Position numbers and translations under genes: made by a program
Part shown: piece by piece, positions 1 through 10,202 of the stretch
Position numbering within the stretch: position 1 is the first letter of the stretch
Layout of the letters: every line of letters begins with the position of its first letter
Source of the DNA: Desulfuromonadales bacterium
GTDB lineage: Bacteria > Desulfobacterota > Desulfuromonadia > Desulfuromonadales > JAHYIW01
DNA: 64,000 nucleotides
Assembly: GCA_029210745.1 (NCBI GenBank)
Contig: JARGFI010000007.1
Coordinates: forward strand, 1,623 to 65,622
Direction: 5' to 3'
The notes under the pieces: generated by a model
Told to the model about the DNA's origin: nothing
Seen by the model: only the letters and a program-made list of their open reading frames with translations
Database searches by the model: none

Positions 1-74
1 GCGAGGCTGACCAGTATCAGGGTATAGGCCAGTGCAAGGTCAGACAGACTGAGATCGACGATGGCATTATTCAT
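1..74 (-). CDS. ABC transporter permease, FetB/YbbM-like (5' part; runs off window)
   Basis: Manual translation from ATG at 74: MNNAIVDLSLSDLALAYTLILVSL..., hydrophobic; overlaps the stop of the ABC ATPase. Confidence 0.6.
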   Translation of the reverse strand, partial: MNNAIVDLSLSDLALAYTLILVSL

Positions 75-804
75 CGGCGACCTTCACTGTTTCGGGCTCG
101 GCCAGAAAGTCGCGAAGCGCGACGCTTCGCGGATGGTTCAGTAATCGCGTTGGCGGCCCGGTTTCAATCAGCTTGCCGTTTTCAAGATAGAGCAGTTGCG
201 TGGCGACACGTTCACACAGCCGCAGGTCGTGACTGATCATCACGACCGTCAGGCCGCTCTCGATCAGCAGATTCGCAAGGCGATCCGCCGTGCGCCGGTC
301 GAGGGCGCCGGTCGGTTCGTCGAGGAGCAGCACCTGTGGTTCAAGGAGCAGGGTTCGGGCGAGGGCGACACGTTGCTGTTGGCCGATTGAGAGAGTCTTG
401 GCAATTTGCCCGAGCAGCTCCGGTTCGAGCTGGCAGCGACGGAGAAGCTCGTCTTGTTGCGTATCGGTCTTTTGCGGCAGTCCGTGCAGGGCCAGGGGCA
501 TCCGCAGGTTGTCGCGGACAGTGCCGGGAAACATCAGCGGTTTTTGCGGCAGCAGGGAGACGGTACGGCGCAGCAGCAGCGGGTCGATGGTGGTGATATC
601 TTGTTCGTCGAGAAATATTTTTCCGGAGGTCGGATCGTCGAGACGGTTAAGCAGGCGCAGCAGGGTGGTCTTCCCCCCTCCGGACGGACCGATCAGAGCG
701 CTAATGGTGCCGCTCGGGATGGTCGCGGAAATATCGTCGAGAACGACCTTCAAGCCGTAAGGCAGGGGGCAGGTTTTGGAGATATTTATAAAACGCAGGG
801 TCAT
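67..804 (-). CDS. ABC transporter ATP-binding protein (FetA/YbbL/PstB-like)
   Basis: Walker A GPSGGGKT, signature LSIGQQQR, Walker B LLLDEPT, H-loop SHD. Confidence 0.9.
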   Translation of the reverse strand: MTLRFINISKTCPLPYGLKVVLDDISATIPSGTISALIGPSGGGKTTLLRLLNRLDDPTSGKIFLDEQDITTIDPLLLRRTVSLLPQKPLMFPGTVRDNLRMPLALHGLPQKTDTQQDELLRRCQLEPELLGQIAKTLSIGQQQRVALARTLLLEPQVLLLDEPTGALDRRTADRLANLLIESGLTVVMISHDLRLCERVATQLLYLENGKLIETGPPTRLLNHPRSVALRDFLAEPETVKVADE

Positions 805-1559
805 GTCAGCGGCTTATGATCTTTGTGACTGAAACGTTCTCCGTTTTCTCGCAACCGCCGCATCACCTGTTTCATGTCCTCCCAAACCTCACGTTTGGAT
901 GAGGGATTGCGCAGCAGGTACGCCGGATGAAAAGTTGGCATGAGTGGAATCCCTGCGTACTCCTCCCAATGTCCGCGTAACTGGCTGATCGGGATCGTCT
1001 TGCGCAACAAACTCTGGGCGGCAAATTTTCCCAGTGCAACAATCATCTCTGGTTGAATCGCAGCCAGTTGCCGGCGCAGAAACACTTCACACGTCGCGAT
1101 TTCTTCAGGGTGAGGATCGCGATTGCCGGGGGGGCGGCACTTGACGACATTGCAGATGTAGACCTCCGCCCGACTCAGGCCGATGGCGTCAATGATGCGG
1201 TCAAGGAGCTGTCCCGCTTCACCGACAAACGGTTCACCACGTTGATCCTCTTCGCGCCCTGGTCCCTCGCCTACAAAGACCAGCCGCGCATTCGAGTCGC
1301 CGACGCCAAAGACCAGTCTGGTGCGTTTTTCACAGAGCGGACAACGTTGACAATCACCGAGCTCAACGGCAATTTCTTCAAGCGTTTCTTGCCGACAAGG
1401 GACGCCGTTGTGAGAGATGGTTTCTCCCGGAGGGCAAGGGGCTGGTTCACGTGGTGCGGAAGCAATAAACTCAGTGACTCCGTAATCATGTAACTGGGTC
1501 AAGAGCGCCCGTGCCGCGCCGACCGCTTCATGGATATCGTTGGTGCTTTGATCGGGCAT
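801..1559 (-). CDS. Uracil-DNA glycosylase family 4 (4Fe-4S)
   Basis: CQRCPL, GEGPG, VKCRPPGNRDP and TFHPAYLL motifs. Confidence 0.92.
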   Translation of the reverse strand: MPDQSTNDIHEAVGAARALLTQLHDYGVTEFIASAPREPAPCPPGETISHNGVPCRQETLEEIAVELGDCQRCPLCEKRTRLVFGVGDSNARLVFVGEGPGREEDQRGEPFVGEAGQLLDRIIDAIGLSRAEVYICNVVKCRPPGNRDPHPEEIATCEVFLRRQLAAIQPEMIVALGKFAAQSLLRKTIPISQLRGHWEEYAGIPLMPTFHPAYLLRNPSSKREVWEDMKQVMRRLRENGERFSHKDHKPLT

Positions 1560-1794
1560 GGTCCTTTACAACTCCCGTGGGCTGAACTATTCTCTAAGGA
1601 GCTGCAAACAAATAACATGGGCATCTTGCATCTCATCTTCAGGCCACCTTGAGCCGAACTTCAATCGCCAAATCCTCGACGTAACCCTTCTACGTCTGTG
1701 GTTTGGCTCAATCAGTGCGGCCAAATCTGACCTAAATCTGAGCGCAATCTTGAACCATATTATTCATTTACAACTCCTAAGCATGAAGGGTAAC

Positions 1795-2703
1795 GTGCTG
1801 AAAATATTATTTATCCTCGTTTTACTGCTGTTCTCCCCCGACTGCGTCTGGGCCTGGGGGGTCGGTGCGCACTTGCAGTTCGGCGCGGAAATTCTCGGTG
1901 CCTTACAGGCCCTGCCTGAGGCGACGGCGGCGTTGTTGCGTGCCTGGCCGCACGATTTCCTCTATGGCTGTATCAGCGCCGATATCACCCTTGCCAAAAA
2001 ATATACCCATCATTCGAAGCATTGTCATTCGTGGCGGATGGGAAGAAAAATTCTTGCTGCCGCGAAAAACGATGCGCAACGCGCTTGTGGCTACGGCTAC
2101 CTGGCTCACCTGGCCGCCGATTCGGTTGCTCATTGCTATTTTGTGCCGTACAAACTGGTGCGGACGTACAATACCGTTATCCATCGTCATGCTTATTGGG
2201 AGATGCGCTTTGAAAGTCGGGTTCCGGCAGAAATCTGGGAGCTGGCACGCGATGTTGCCCGGCGCAAATTCCGCCAGCACGATGCGATGATGCGCATGGT
2301 GTTGTCCGATACCATTTTTTCGTTTAAAACCAATAAGCATTTATTTAACTCGTTGTTGCTGCTCAATCGTCTCCATCAGTGGCAACAGGTGTTGCGCGCG
2401 ATGGAAAGCTCCTCGCGCTGGCGAATTGCAGATGTCGATCATGAAGAATATCTGACCCATTCGGTGCAGGCAATTTTCAGTATTTTGAACGAGGGGGACG
2501 ACAGCCCTTTTTTCAAAGCTGATCCGACCGGAGAGCGGGCGTTGACCGCTGCCGCCATCCTGCGGAAAAACCTCCATCATCTGTGGCTCGAAGGGAAACT
2601 CTCCACTGAAGACGCAACACTTATTCTCGACGGGTTGAAAATCCGTTTTCGCGACGGGGTGCTCAATCCAGACGAGATTCTTGATCTGATTGCCGTCACC
2701 TGA
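1795..2703 (+). CDS. Zinc-dependent phospholipase C family protein
   Basis: Signal peptide then AWG..H; HLAADSVAH and HAYWE Zn-ligand motifs; start moved to GTG 1795 behind GAAGGG. Confidence 0.75.
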   Translation: MLKILFILVLLLFSPDCVWAWGVGAHLQFGAEILGALQALPEATAALLRAWPHDFLYGCISADITLAKKYTHHSKHCHSWRMGRKILAAAKNDAQRACGYGYLAHLAADSVAHCYFVPYKLVRTYNTVIHRHAYWEMRFESRVPAEIWELARDVARRKFRQHDAMMRMVLSDTIFSFKTNKHLFNSLLLLNRLHQWQQVLRAMESSSRWRIADVDHEEYLTHSVQAIFSILNEGDDSPFFKADPTGERALTAAAILRKNLHHLWLEGKLSTEDATLILDGLKIRFRDGVLNPDEILDLIAVT

Positions 2704-2735
2704 TCGTCGTTAGCTGTCCGCATCAACCTCACGCA

Positions 2736-3929
2736 TCACAAAGTCAAACCCAGGATTCGGTCGAGAAGCTGGTTCGCGACGGCCTCTTTCGTCATCAGAG
2801 GAAGCTCCTCAATCCGCCCGCCACGGTAAAGCAGTCGCACGATGTTGGTGTCACCATCGAAACCGGCCCCTTCCTGACTGATGTCATTGGCGACAATCAG
2901 ATCAAGATTCTTCTGCTCCAGCTTCGCGGCAGCGTTGTCGAGCAAATTTTCCGTTTCTGCGGCAAAACCGACCAGAATGGCCCGTCCTTTATCCTCGCCG
3001 ATCTCTGCCAGGATGTCGGGGGTTTTCTCCAGCGCCAAGATCATGTCGAGATCGTCGCTCTTTTTGATCTTTTGATCGGCCCGCGTTGCCGGGCGGTAAT
3101 CGGCCACCGCCGCGGCCTTGATAATGATGTCCGCCTGAGGCGCGTGGTTCAGCATCGCGGTGCGCATCTGTTGTGCCGAGGTGACGTCGATGCGCTCTAC
3201 TCCATGCGGCTGCGGCAAACAGGTCGGGCCGGAGACAAGAATGGTGCGGGCACCTCGCTGGCAGGCAGCGGCGGCGATTGCATAGCCCATTTTGCCGGAG
3301 GAGTAATTGCTGATGAAGCGCACCGGATCAATTTCCTCGCGGGTCGGTCCCGCGCTGATCAGCACCGTTCGCCCGGCCAGATCATTGGGCGTCAGCAGCT
3401 CCAGTGTCTTTGCGAAGATTGCTGCCGGTTCGGGAAGCTTGCCTTTCCCTTCCCAACCGCAGGCAAGCATTCCGCTGATCGGGTCAAGGATGCGGTAGCC
3501 GTTGTTCTGCAGCCGCTGACGATTGTCGGTACAGATCGAATTTTCCCACATATTGACGTTCATGGCCGGGGCAAGGAGAATCGGTGCCCTGGTTGCCATC
3601 AGGGTTGTGGTCAGCAGGTCGTCCGCAATGCCGCCCGCCAGTTTGCCGATGACGTTGGCGGTCGCGGGGGCAACGACGCAAATGTCGGCGCGCTCGGCAA
3701 GCGAAATATGGCTGATCTCACTCTCCTGATAAAGATTGAACAGATCCGTATGAACGGGGTTGCCACTGAGGGTCTGGAACGTCAGCGGCGTGATAAACTC
3801 TTGCGCCGCCCTGGTCATCACCACATGGACATTCGCGTTGGCCTTGATATAGAGGCGGGTCAGCTCGGCCGCTTTGTAAGCGGCAATCCCGCCGCACACA
3901 CCGAGAATGATTTCTTTGCCTTGCAGCAT
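2736..3929 (-). CDS. coaBC: Bifunctional phosphopantothenoylcysteine decarboxylase/synthetase
   Basis: GGIAAYKA, PAMNVNMW, GPTREEIDPVRFISNYSSGKMG, AAVADY, GFAAET. Confidence 0.97.
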   Translation of the reverse strand: MLQGKEIILGVCGGIAAYKAAELTRLYIKANANVHVVMTRAAQEFITPLTFQTLSGNPVHTDLFNLYQESEISHISLAERADICVVAPATANVIGKLAGGIADDLLTTTLMATRAPILLAPAMNVNMWENSICTDNRQRLQNNGYRILDPISGMLACGWEGKGKLPEPAAIFAKTLELLTPNDLAGRTVLISAGPTREEIDPVRFISNYSSGKMGYAIAAAACQRGARTILVSGPTCLPQPHGVERIDVTSAQQMRTAMLNHAPQADIIIKAAAVADYRPATRADQKIKKSDDLDMILALEKTPDILAEIGEDKGRAILVGFAAETENLLDNAAAKLEQKNLDLIVANDISQEGAGFDGDTNIVRLLYRGGRIEELPLMTKEAVANQLLDRILGLTL

Positions 3930-3938
3930 GGCGTGCTC

Positions 3939-4562
3939 CTATGGGCGTAAAAACGGATTATGTTTCCGTTCCGCGCCGATGGTGGTGTCCGGACCATGCC
4001 CCGGATGGACGATAGTGTTATCGGAAAAGGGTAACAGGCGGTGTTGAATACTGTCGATCAGGGTCTGATGATCGCCTCCCGGCAGGTCGGTACGACCGAC
4101 GGATCCGGCAAACAAGGTGTCTCCAACAAAGAGGTGACCGTGCCCGGCGAGGCAGATCCCCCCCGGAGAGTGCCCCGGGGTGTGGAGGACTGTAAACGAA
4201 AGGGTGCCAACATCAATGATATCACCATCCTTGAGCAGCCGGTTCGGTTGTGGTGACGGGTCGGTGCTCAGGCCGAAAGCGGCGGCATGTTGCGTTACGC
4301 GGTCGAGCAGGGGGCGGTCGAGCTGGTGAATCAACAGCTCAGCGCCGGTGGCTTCAGTCAGCCGCAGGTTGCCGCCAACGTGATCGAAGTGACCATGGGT
4401 ATTGACGATCAGCGTCGGCTGCCAGTCGTCTGCTGCCAGCACGCGCAAAATATCTTCGCTGTCGCCGCCGGGGTCGATCACCAGTGCGGTGCGGGTTGCC
4501 GGGCAGGCAACCAGGTAGCAATTGACTTGCAGTGGACCAACCGGCAAGGTTTTAAGTAACAT
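3939..4562 (-). CDS. MBL-fold metallo-hydrolase (glyoxalase II/YcbL-like)
   Basis: THGHFDH, HTPGHSPG, GDTLF, PGHG. Confidence 0.92.
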   Translation of the reverse strand: MLLKTLPVGPLQVNCYLVACPATRTALVIDPGGDSEDILRVLAADDWQPTLIVNTHGHFDHVGGNLRLTEATGAELLIHQLDRPLLDRVTQHAAAFGLSTDPSPQPNRLLKDGDIIDVGTLSFTVLHTPGHSPGGICLAGHGHLFVGDTLFAGSVGRTDLPGGDHQTLIDSIQHRLLPFSDNTIVHPGHGPDTTIGAERKHNPFLRP

Positions 4563-4580
4563 TCAGCACTCCTTGAAAAT

Positions 4581-5717
4581 TTATTCGTCGGTATCGAACA
4601 GACTGAGATTTTTATCCTTCAGCTGCTCGCCGAGGCTGTAGCCAAATTTTTTTTCAGGTCGACGATCTTCACTCGGGCGTTCTTCTCTTTTGCGTTCCTG
4701 CGGCAGAGACGCGGCGGTTGGCGGTGATGCGAGGATGACCGGCGGTTCACCCTGGGGGGGCTGCTGCGCCGGGAAGCCTTTAAAGAAGTAACGATCGTAG
4801 AGGCGGTGATAGGCTGTCCATGATTTTTCGCTGTCCGGCTCTTTGGCGATATGGGTGCGAATGCCGTTGATCTTTGAATCGAGATCATCAAGGTAGTTCA
4901 GGATGATCGCTTCAATCGTTTTCGGGCGTTTCGGTGAACCATATTCATACTGACCGTGGTGTGACAGGATCAGATGCTTGAGCAGCAACGCGACATCCGG
5001 TTGAAAGTCGGGCAAGGTACGGATGCGGGCTTCAATCAGTTCAACCCCGAGAACGATATGACCGAGAAGCTTGCCCGCGTCGGTGTAATCGAAGCTGCGA
5101 TTGTAATCGAGTTCGACGATTTTGCCCACATCGTGCAGCAGCGCCCCGACAACCAGCAGATCGCGATCAAGCTCCGGGTAGCGTTTGCTGACATCTGTTG
5201 CCAAGGCCACAATCGCCAGTGAATGTTCGAGTAATCCGCCGAGATAGACATGATGCATGGCTTTGGCCGCCGGTGCCTTGCAATAGCTGGCCATAAATAC
5301 TTCATCGGCGAGCAGGGCGTTCATCAAGGCGCGTAATGATTTGTTGGTCAAACTGTCGACGACACGGTGCAGTTCGGTGATCATCTCGGCGACCGGACGG
5401 GGAGCTGTGGGCAGAAAATCAGCCAGATCGACATCCTTTTCGTTGACCGGAAAAATTTCCTGCACAACCAGCTGCATCTTGCCGAGATAGACACTCGTTT
5501 TTCCGGTGACCTGAATAAAATCGTCGCGTTCAAAAAGGGCGGAGAATTGCTCCACCCGATCCCACACGCGCCCTTCGATTTCACCGCTCTTGTCCATTAA
5601 CTTCAAAGTCAGGTAAGGTTTGCCATTCTTGGCCATGGCGGTGATTTTTTCGCGCACCAGAAAGATACTGTCAACCCAGTCGCGTTCGCGAATCCGGGCA
5701 GCAAAAATAGATTTCAT
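4581..5717 (-). CDS. yhaM: 3'-5' exoribonuclease YhaM family (OB fold + HD)
   Basis: N-terminal OB fold, HH..GGLLEH, LLHDVGK, LSHHG..EYGSP. Confidence 0.85.
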   Translation of the reverse strand: MKSIFAARIRERDWVDSIFLVREKITAMAKNGKPYLTLKLMDKSGEIEGRVWDRVEQFSALFERDDFIQVTGKTSVYLGKMQLVVQEIFPVNEKDVDLADFLPTAPRPVAEMITELHRVVDSLTNKSLRALMNALLADEVFMASYCKAPAAKAMHHVYLGGLLEHSLAIVALATDVSKRYPELDRDLLVVGALLHDVGKIVELDYNRSFDYTDAGKLLGHIVLGVELIEARIRTLPDFQPDVALLLKHLILSHHGQYEYGSPKRPKTIEAIILNYLDDLDSKINGIRTHIAKEPDSEKSWTAYHRLYDRYFFKGFPAQQPPQGEPPVILASPPTAASLPQERKREERPSEDRRPEKKFGYSLGEQLKDKNLSLFDTDE

Positions 5718-7309
5718 TCAGTGGTACTCCCGTGGTTAAAACGTGCTGCAAGTCGATCGACGACGCGCAGACCGTCAAGGGCGGCACTCATGATCCCGCC
5801 AGCATATCCGGCCCCTTCGCCGACCGGGTAAAGACCGGGATGACTGACCGATTCGCCGTGTTCATCGCGCACGATTCGCAGCGGCGCCGAGGTTCGGGTT
5901 TCGACCCCGGTCAGGGTTGCTTCCCGGCTAATAAAGCCCCGCATCCGCCGCTCAAAACAGGGCAGGGCGGTGCGCAGGCCGTGGGTGATAAATGCGGGCA
6001 GCAGCGCCGCCAGATCAGCTTCGCGGATCCCTGGACGACAACTGGAATGCAATGGCCCGGTGCCGGATTCGAGAAAAGTGAGCAGATTTTGCGCCGGGGC
6101 GTGGTAGTCCCCGCCCCCCGCGATAAAGGCACTCTGTTCCAAACGCCGTTGCCAATACATCCCCGCCAGCGGGCCGGGGGGGATATCTTGCGTGACACAA
6201 TCGTGCGGAAGAACGCTGACGACCAGTGCGCTGTTGGAAAAAGGTGCCGCCCGGCGAAGTTTACTCATGCCATTGACAACGACGCCGCCGGTTTCGGAAC
6301 TGGCGACAACCACTTCACCGCCGGGGCACATGCAGAAGGAATAACAGCCGCGCCCGGTCGCCGGGTCGTTCCAGCTCAGTGCGTAGTCAGCGGCAGGCAG
6401 TTTGTCGGTATTGCTGCCGAATTGAATGCGGTTGATCAGCTCAACCGGATGTTCAATACGCAAACCGGCGGCAAAGGCTTTCGCCGCAAGTGCAACGCCC
6501 TTGGCATGGAGCATTTCGTAGGTGTCGCGAGCACTGTGGCCGGGGGCCAGCAGCAACGCATCACAGGGAACCTCCCCGCAATCGTTTACGATCCCCGCAG
6601 CGACCCGACCATGGTTGACAACGATCCCGGTCAGGGTCGCATCATAACGGATATCGACCCCTTTTTCCAGCAACTTTCGCCGAAAATTAATCAGCACCAG
6701 ACGCAAGCGATCGGTCCCGATGTGCGGTTTGGCATCGATCACAATATCCGGCGGCGCACCGCAGTCAACCAGGGTGCGCAGAATCAGGGCGATTCCGGGA
6801 TGGCGCAGGCGGGTCGTCAGTTTCCCGTCGGAAAAAGTACCGGCCCCCCCCTCGCCAAACTGGATATTGCTGCGTGGGTCGAAGTGACCCTTCTGCCAGA
6901 AATCCTGCACGTTGCGCACGCGTTGTTCCACCGGTCGCCCCCGTTCCAGCAGCGTCACCTTGAAGCCGCTGTGCGCGGCGCGCCAGGCGGCAAAAAGTCC
7001 GGCTGGCCCCATGCCGACAACAAGCAACTGGCGGGGCGCTAACAGGTGTTGCTGCGGCAGTGGCTGGTCAGGTACAACCTGCTCCAGGCGCCGATGCGAT
7101 GGTGCGGGAAGATCATCGGAAAGGTCGAACTCAACGGAGTAAATAACGTTGATTCGTGGTTTTTTTCGCGCGTCGAGACCGCGGCGGATGATCCGTACAT
7201 TGGTGACGCAAGAAGCGCAGAGCGACAGCTCAGCAGCGATTTTAAGAGGTAAAAGTTCAACCGGTTCATCCGGCAGAAGCCGCAGCTCACGAAGACAATA
7301 TCTCATCAT
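5714..7309 (-). CDS. NAD(P)/FAD-dependent oxidoreductase
   Basis: VVGMGPAGLFAA, FGEGGAGTFSDGKL, SFCMCPGG, GEGAGYAGGIMSAA. Confidence 0.9.
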   Translation of the reverse strand: MMRYCLRELRLLPDEPVELLPLKIAAELSLCASCVTNVRIIRRGLDARKKPRINVIYSVEFDLSDDLPAPSHRRLEQVVPDQPLPQQHLLAPRQLLVVGMGPAGLFAAWRAAHSGFKVTLLERGRPVEQRVRNVQDFWQKGHFDPRSNIQFGEGGAGTFSDGKLTTRLRHPGIALILRTLVDCGAPPDIVIDAKPHIGTDRLRLVLINFRRKLLEKGVDIRYDATLTGIVVNHGRVAAGIVNDCGEVPCDALLLAPGHSARDTYEMLHAKGVALAAKAFAAGLRIEHPVELINRIQFGSNTDKLPAADYALSWNDPATGRGCYSFCMCPGGEVVVASSETGGVVVNGMSKLRRAAPFSNSALVVSVLPHDCVTQDIPPGPLAGMYWQRRLEQSAFIAGGGDYHAPAQNLLTFLESGTGPLHSSCRPGIREADLAALLPAFITHGLRTALPCFERRMRGFISREATLTGVETRTSAPLRIVRDEHGESVSHPGLYPVGEGAGYAGGIMSAALDGLRVVDRLAARFNHGSTTE

Positions 7310-7342
7310 TATTGGCCAGGTCGATTCATGGTCGAAACGGAT

Positions 7343-8530
7343 TCAGGCTTGCCGGTCGTTATCGGAAAGATAAAAAGGAAACTCAAGATGGAAGGTTGTG
7401 CCGCTGCCGACCTCGCTGTGGACGGTAATGCGTCCACCGTGGTCACGGACAGAACGGTGGACAATCGATAAACCGATCCCCGTCCCTTTTTGACGCGTAC
7501 TGAAAAAGGGGTCAAAGATCCGGTTCAGGTTTTTTTCCGGGATGCCACAGCCATCGTCGCAGATCGATACGAACATCCGGGTATCATCGTGGTCAAGCTC
7601 GGCGACGATCGTGCCACCGGGATTTGTTGCATGGAGTGCATTGTTGATCAGGTTGGAAAAGATAACGGCAATTTCATTTTTCGCCGCCTGTAATGGCGGG
7701 GGCAGACGGAGGAATCGGGTGCTGACGTTGATATTCCTGGCAGCAATGCGTGCCTGATTGTCGGCAATGACCTGTTCGATGATTTCGTTGATCATGACCG
7801 GGGTGCGTTCATTGTCGGTCGGTCGTTGTAACGCCAGGAGGTTGATCAGCGTTTCATCGATGCGATCGACTTCGCGCATGATATTTTCGAGATATTCACT
7901 TTTTTCGCTGTCGTTGGCGAGTTCGGTCTGTAGCAATTGGGTAAACAGTCCGATGGCGTTCAGGGGGTTGCGAATTTCATGGGCCATGCCGGCGGAGAGA
8001 TGACCGAGGGACGCAAGTTTTTCAATCTGGAGAATTTCGGCATGGGCCTTTTCGAGTTCTCGCGATTTTTCGTCAATACGCTGTTCAAGCTCACTGTTCC
8101 AGTTCGCAATTTTGGCGATCAGTTTTTCGCGTTCCTGGCGGAGTTCGATGTTATGGAGCTCGGCCTCGCGCAAGCGCAGGACAGCTTCAATTCGATCAAT
8201 CAGATCCTGATTGGAAAATGGCTTGAGAATGTAATCGGAAGCTCCCGCTTTCATCAGTTCAACGGCAATTTTTTCACTCCCCTTGCCGGTGAACATGACG
8301 ACGTAAGTACGCGGGAACTGCTCACGGATTGTGCGCAAGGTGGTGATGCCGTCCACTTCTGGCAACATGTAGTCAAGCACAACCAGAGCCGGTTGCTCAC
8401 GAGCAACGATGGCGAGTCCTTCCATCGCGCTGTCCGCAGTAAAAACCACATGTCCCCGGTCTTTGAGAATCATGCAGGTGAGATTGAGAATAACCCTCTC
8501 ATCGTCGATGATGAGTATGCGCTCGCCCAT
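7343..8530 (-). CDS. Hybrid receiver + histidine kinase
   Basis: N-terminal REC (LIIDDE, LDYMLP, KPF); H-box AHEIRNPL; G-boxes DDGCG, GTGIGL. Confidence 0.92.
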   Translation of the reverse strand: MGERILIIDDERVILNLTCMILKDRGHVVFTADSAMEGLAIVAREQPALVVLDYMLPEVDGITTLRTIREQFPRTYVVMFTGKGSEKIAVELMKAGASDYILKPFSNQDLIDRIEAVLRLREAELHNIELRQEREKLIAKIANWNSELEQRIDEKSRELEKAHAEILQIEKLASLGHLSAGMAHEIRNPLNAIGLFTQLLQTELANDSEKSEYLENIMREVDRIDETLINLLALQRPTDNERTPVMINEIIEQVIADNQARIAARNINVSTRFLRLPPPLQAAKNEIAVIFSNLINNALHATNPGGTIVAELDHDDTRMFVSICDDGCGIPEKNLNRIFDPFFSTRQKGTGIGLSIVHRSVRDHGGRITVHSEVGSGTTFHLEFPFYLSDNDRQA

Positions 8531-8573
8531 AATCTGCCCCTGGTTGATGAATGACTAAAACCGTTTGTCGGTC

Positions 8574-8602
8574 AGCATAGTCGGCGGCGGTCTGTTTGAC
8601 AA
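8574..8602 (-). promoter_or_regulatory. Putative sigma70 promoter
   Basis: Minus strand TTGTCA-17nt-TATGCT upstream of the hybrid kinase. Confidence 0.5.
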
Positions 8603-8654
8603 GAGGGTATTCCCCTGTGAACAGGTAACGGAAAGAGAGTGGTTTTTTACAGCA

Positions 8655-9101
8655 TCAGTCACCGGTTCGAATGGTCAATACCGGGATGGTTGATTTACGG
8701 ACCACCTTTTCAGCCGTGCTGCCGAAGAGCATGTGGTCGATGCCGGTACGACCGTGGGTGCCGATGACAATCAAATCACTGTCGGTCTCAATGGCTTTAC
8801 GAATAATTTCATCGTAAGGGATGCCGGGGACGATAAATGTTTCAACGTTGGCGTAATCTTTAATATGTGTCGCACAAAAGTGTTCCATCATTTTGTGCGC
8901 CCCCGCTTCGATTTCCTCTTCAAGTTTGTCGAATGAAATATGCGGAACGTAAAAGCCGCGCAGATCGACAGGCTCGTTAATGACATGAAGCATCAGCAGG
9001 CGTGCTGAAAATTTCCTGGTCAACGCAAAAGCATGTTCAAAGGCGTGATCAGAACTTTCGGAAAAATCGGTTGCAAAGAGAATCGTACGATAATCGCTCA
9101 T
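8655..9101 (-). CDS. Universal stress protein
   Basis: ILFATDFS, IVIGTHGRTG..FGSTAEKVVR. Confidence 0.93.
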   Translation of the reverse strand: MSDYRTILFATDFSESSDHAFEHAFALTRKFSARLLMLHVINEPVDLRGFYVPHISFDKLEEEIEAGAHKMMEHFCATHIKDYANVETFIVPGIPYDEIIRKAIETDSDLIVIGTHGRTGIDHMLFGSTAEKVVRKSTIPVLTIRTGD

Positions 9102-9103
9102 GG

Positions 9104-9514
9104 TTAAGCCTCCCGTGTGTCTCCACCGGATGGAGCGGTGGAACAGTGAGTGAGTTTATGCATGACGGATGTCAGTTCTTTAATCCTCACCGGTTTGTTC
9201 AGGTATTCAGATGCTCCGAAGTTCATCGCTTCGAGGTATGAACTGATATCACCGTAGGCGGTGACCATGATGATTTTTATTTCCGGTCGAAGTTTTTGCG
9301 CTCGTTTAAGAAAATCGAGGCCGTTCATTCCCGGCATGTTGACATCACTGATAACCAGTTGATAGTTTGTCGTATGTAGCATGTCCAGAGCTTCATCGCC
9401 GTTTCCTGCACTGCTGACGTTATACCCTTCGTTCTGCAATAATTTGCACAGGACAACGCGGGAATTTTCCTCATCATCGAGAACGAGTATGTTGTGGAAT
9501 TGTAGTTGCGCCAT
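9104..9514 (-). CDS. Single-domain response regulator
   Basis: ILVLDDE, SDVNMPGMNG, VTAYG, KP; start moved to ATG 9514 behind GAAAGGGA. Confidence 0.88.
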   Translation of the reverse strand: MAQLQFHNILVLDDEENSRVVLCKLLQNEGYNVSSAGNGDEALDMLHTTNYQLVISDVNMPGMNGLDFLKRAQKLRPEIKIIMVTAYGDISSYLEAMNFGASEYLNKPVRIKELTSVMHKLTHCSTAPSGGDTREA

Positions 9515-9653
9515 GACGTCCCTTTCATGAGTGAATGGTAGCATGGCGTTGCTGTCTGTCAAGCTGATACATCCAAATAAATCACGCTATTACAGCGGGT
9601 TGGAAGAGGTCCAGGGGGCATGATCACGGTCGATTGACGGGCCGGATCTGGCA

Positions 9654-10187
9654 TCATTTCTTGAGCAGGGCCGCGACGCGTTCCCGCAGTTGCTCAGGTT
9701 TGAATGATTTTGAGGAAAAGGCGTCGGCACCGCAGTTAGCGAGTTCGGGCGTCGGGGTGTCGTTCACGATTGTGCCGCTGAGAATCAAAAAACGGGTTGC
9801 ACTCAAGGACCTGAACGATTTAATTTTTTGAACGATTACGGCGCCGCTGATGTCCGGCAGGACGAGATCCAGAATTACCAGCTGAGGATGTTCCTGGGCA
9901 ATCATTTGTAAAGCGTCGTTGCCGCTGGCTGCGGTTAAAATATTCACGTCCAGTGAAGACAAAATGTCTGACAGGATATTGCGAAATACGTTTGAGTCGT
10001 CCACGATGAGGATCTTCGGACGAGCAGCGTTGTTCGTTTCCTGGCTAGCGACGGTCGCTTTGTCGGCCAGTGAAATCGAAAAAACATGCTCACAGGCAGG
10101 GCATTTGATACTGGTTGTCAGTTTCCGGGTTTTTCCCGGCTTGACCTTGTAGCGCGCTGCGCAGGAAGGGCATTCAATCAACAGCAT
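9654..10187 (-). CDS. MJ0042-type zinc ribbon + receiver domain protein
   Basis: CPSC...CPAC then LIVDDS and LDLVLPD. Confidence 0.85.
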   Translation of the reverse strand: MLLIECPSCAARYKVKPGKTRKLTTSIKCPACEHVFSISLADKATVASQETNNAARPKILIVDDSNVFRNILSDILSSLDVNILTAASGNDALQMIAQEHPQLVILDLVLPDISGAVIVQKIKSFRSLSATRFLILSGTIVNDTPTPELANCGADAFSSKSFKPEQLRERVAALLKK

Positions 10188-10202
10188 GCGCTCCTCCGTG
10201 AA

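Noticed and set aside
5732-7042. Long antisense ORFs (436 aa here; also 3072-3950, 25259-26170, 26243-27130)
   Set aside because: They are shadows of well-supported genes on the opposite strand and have no recognisable motifs
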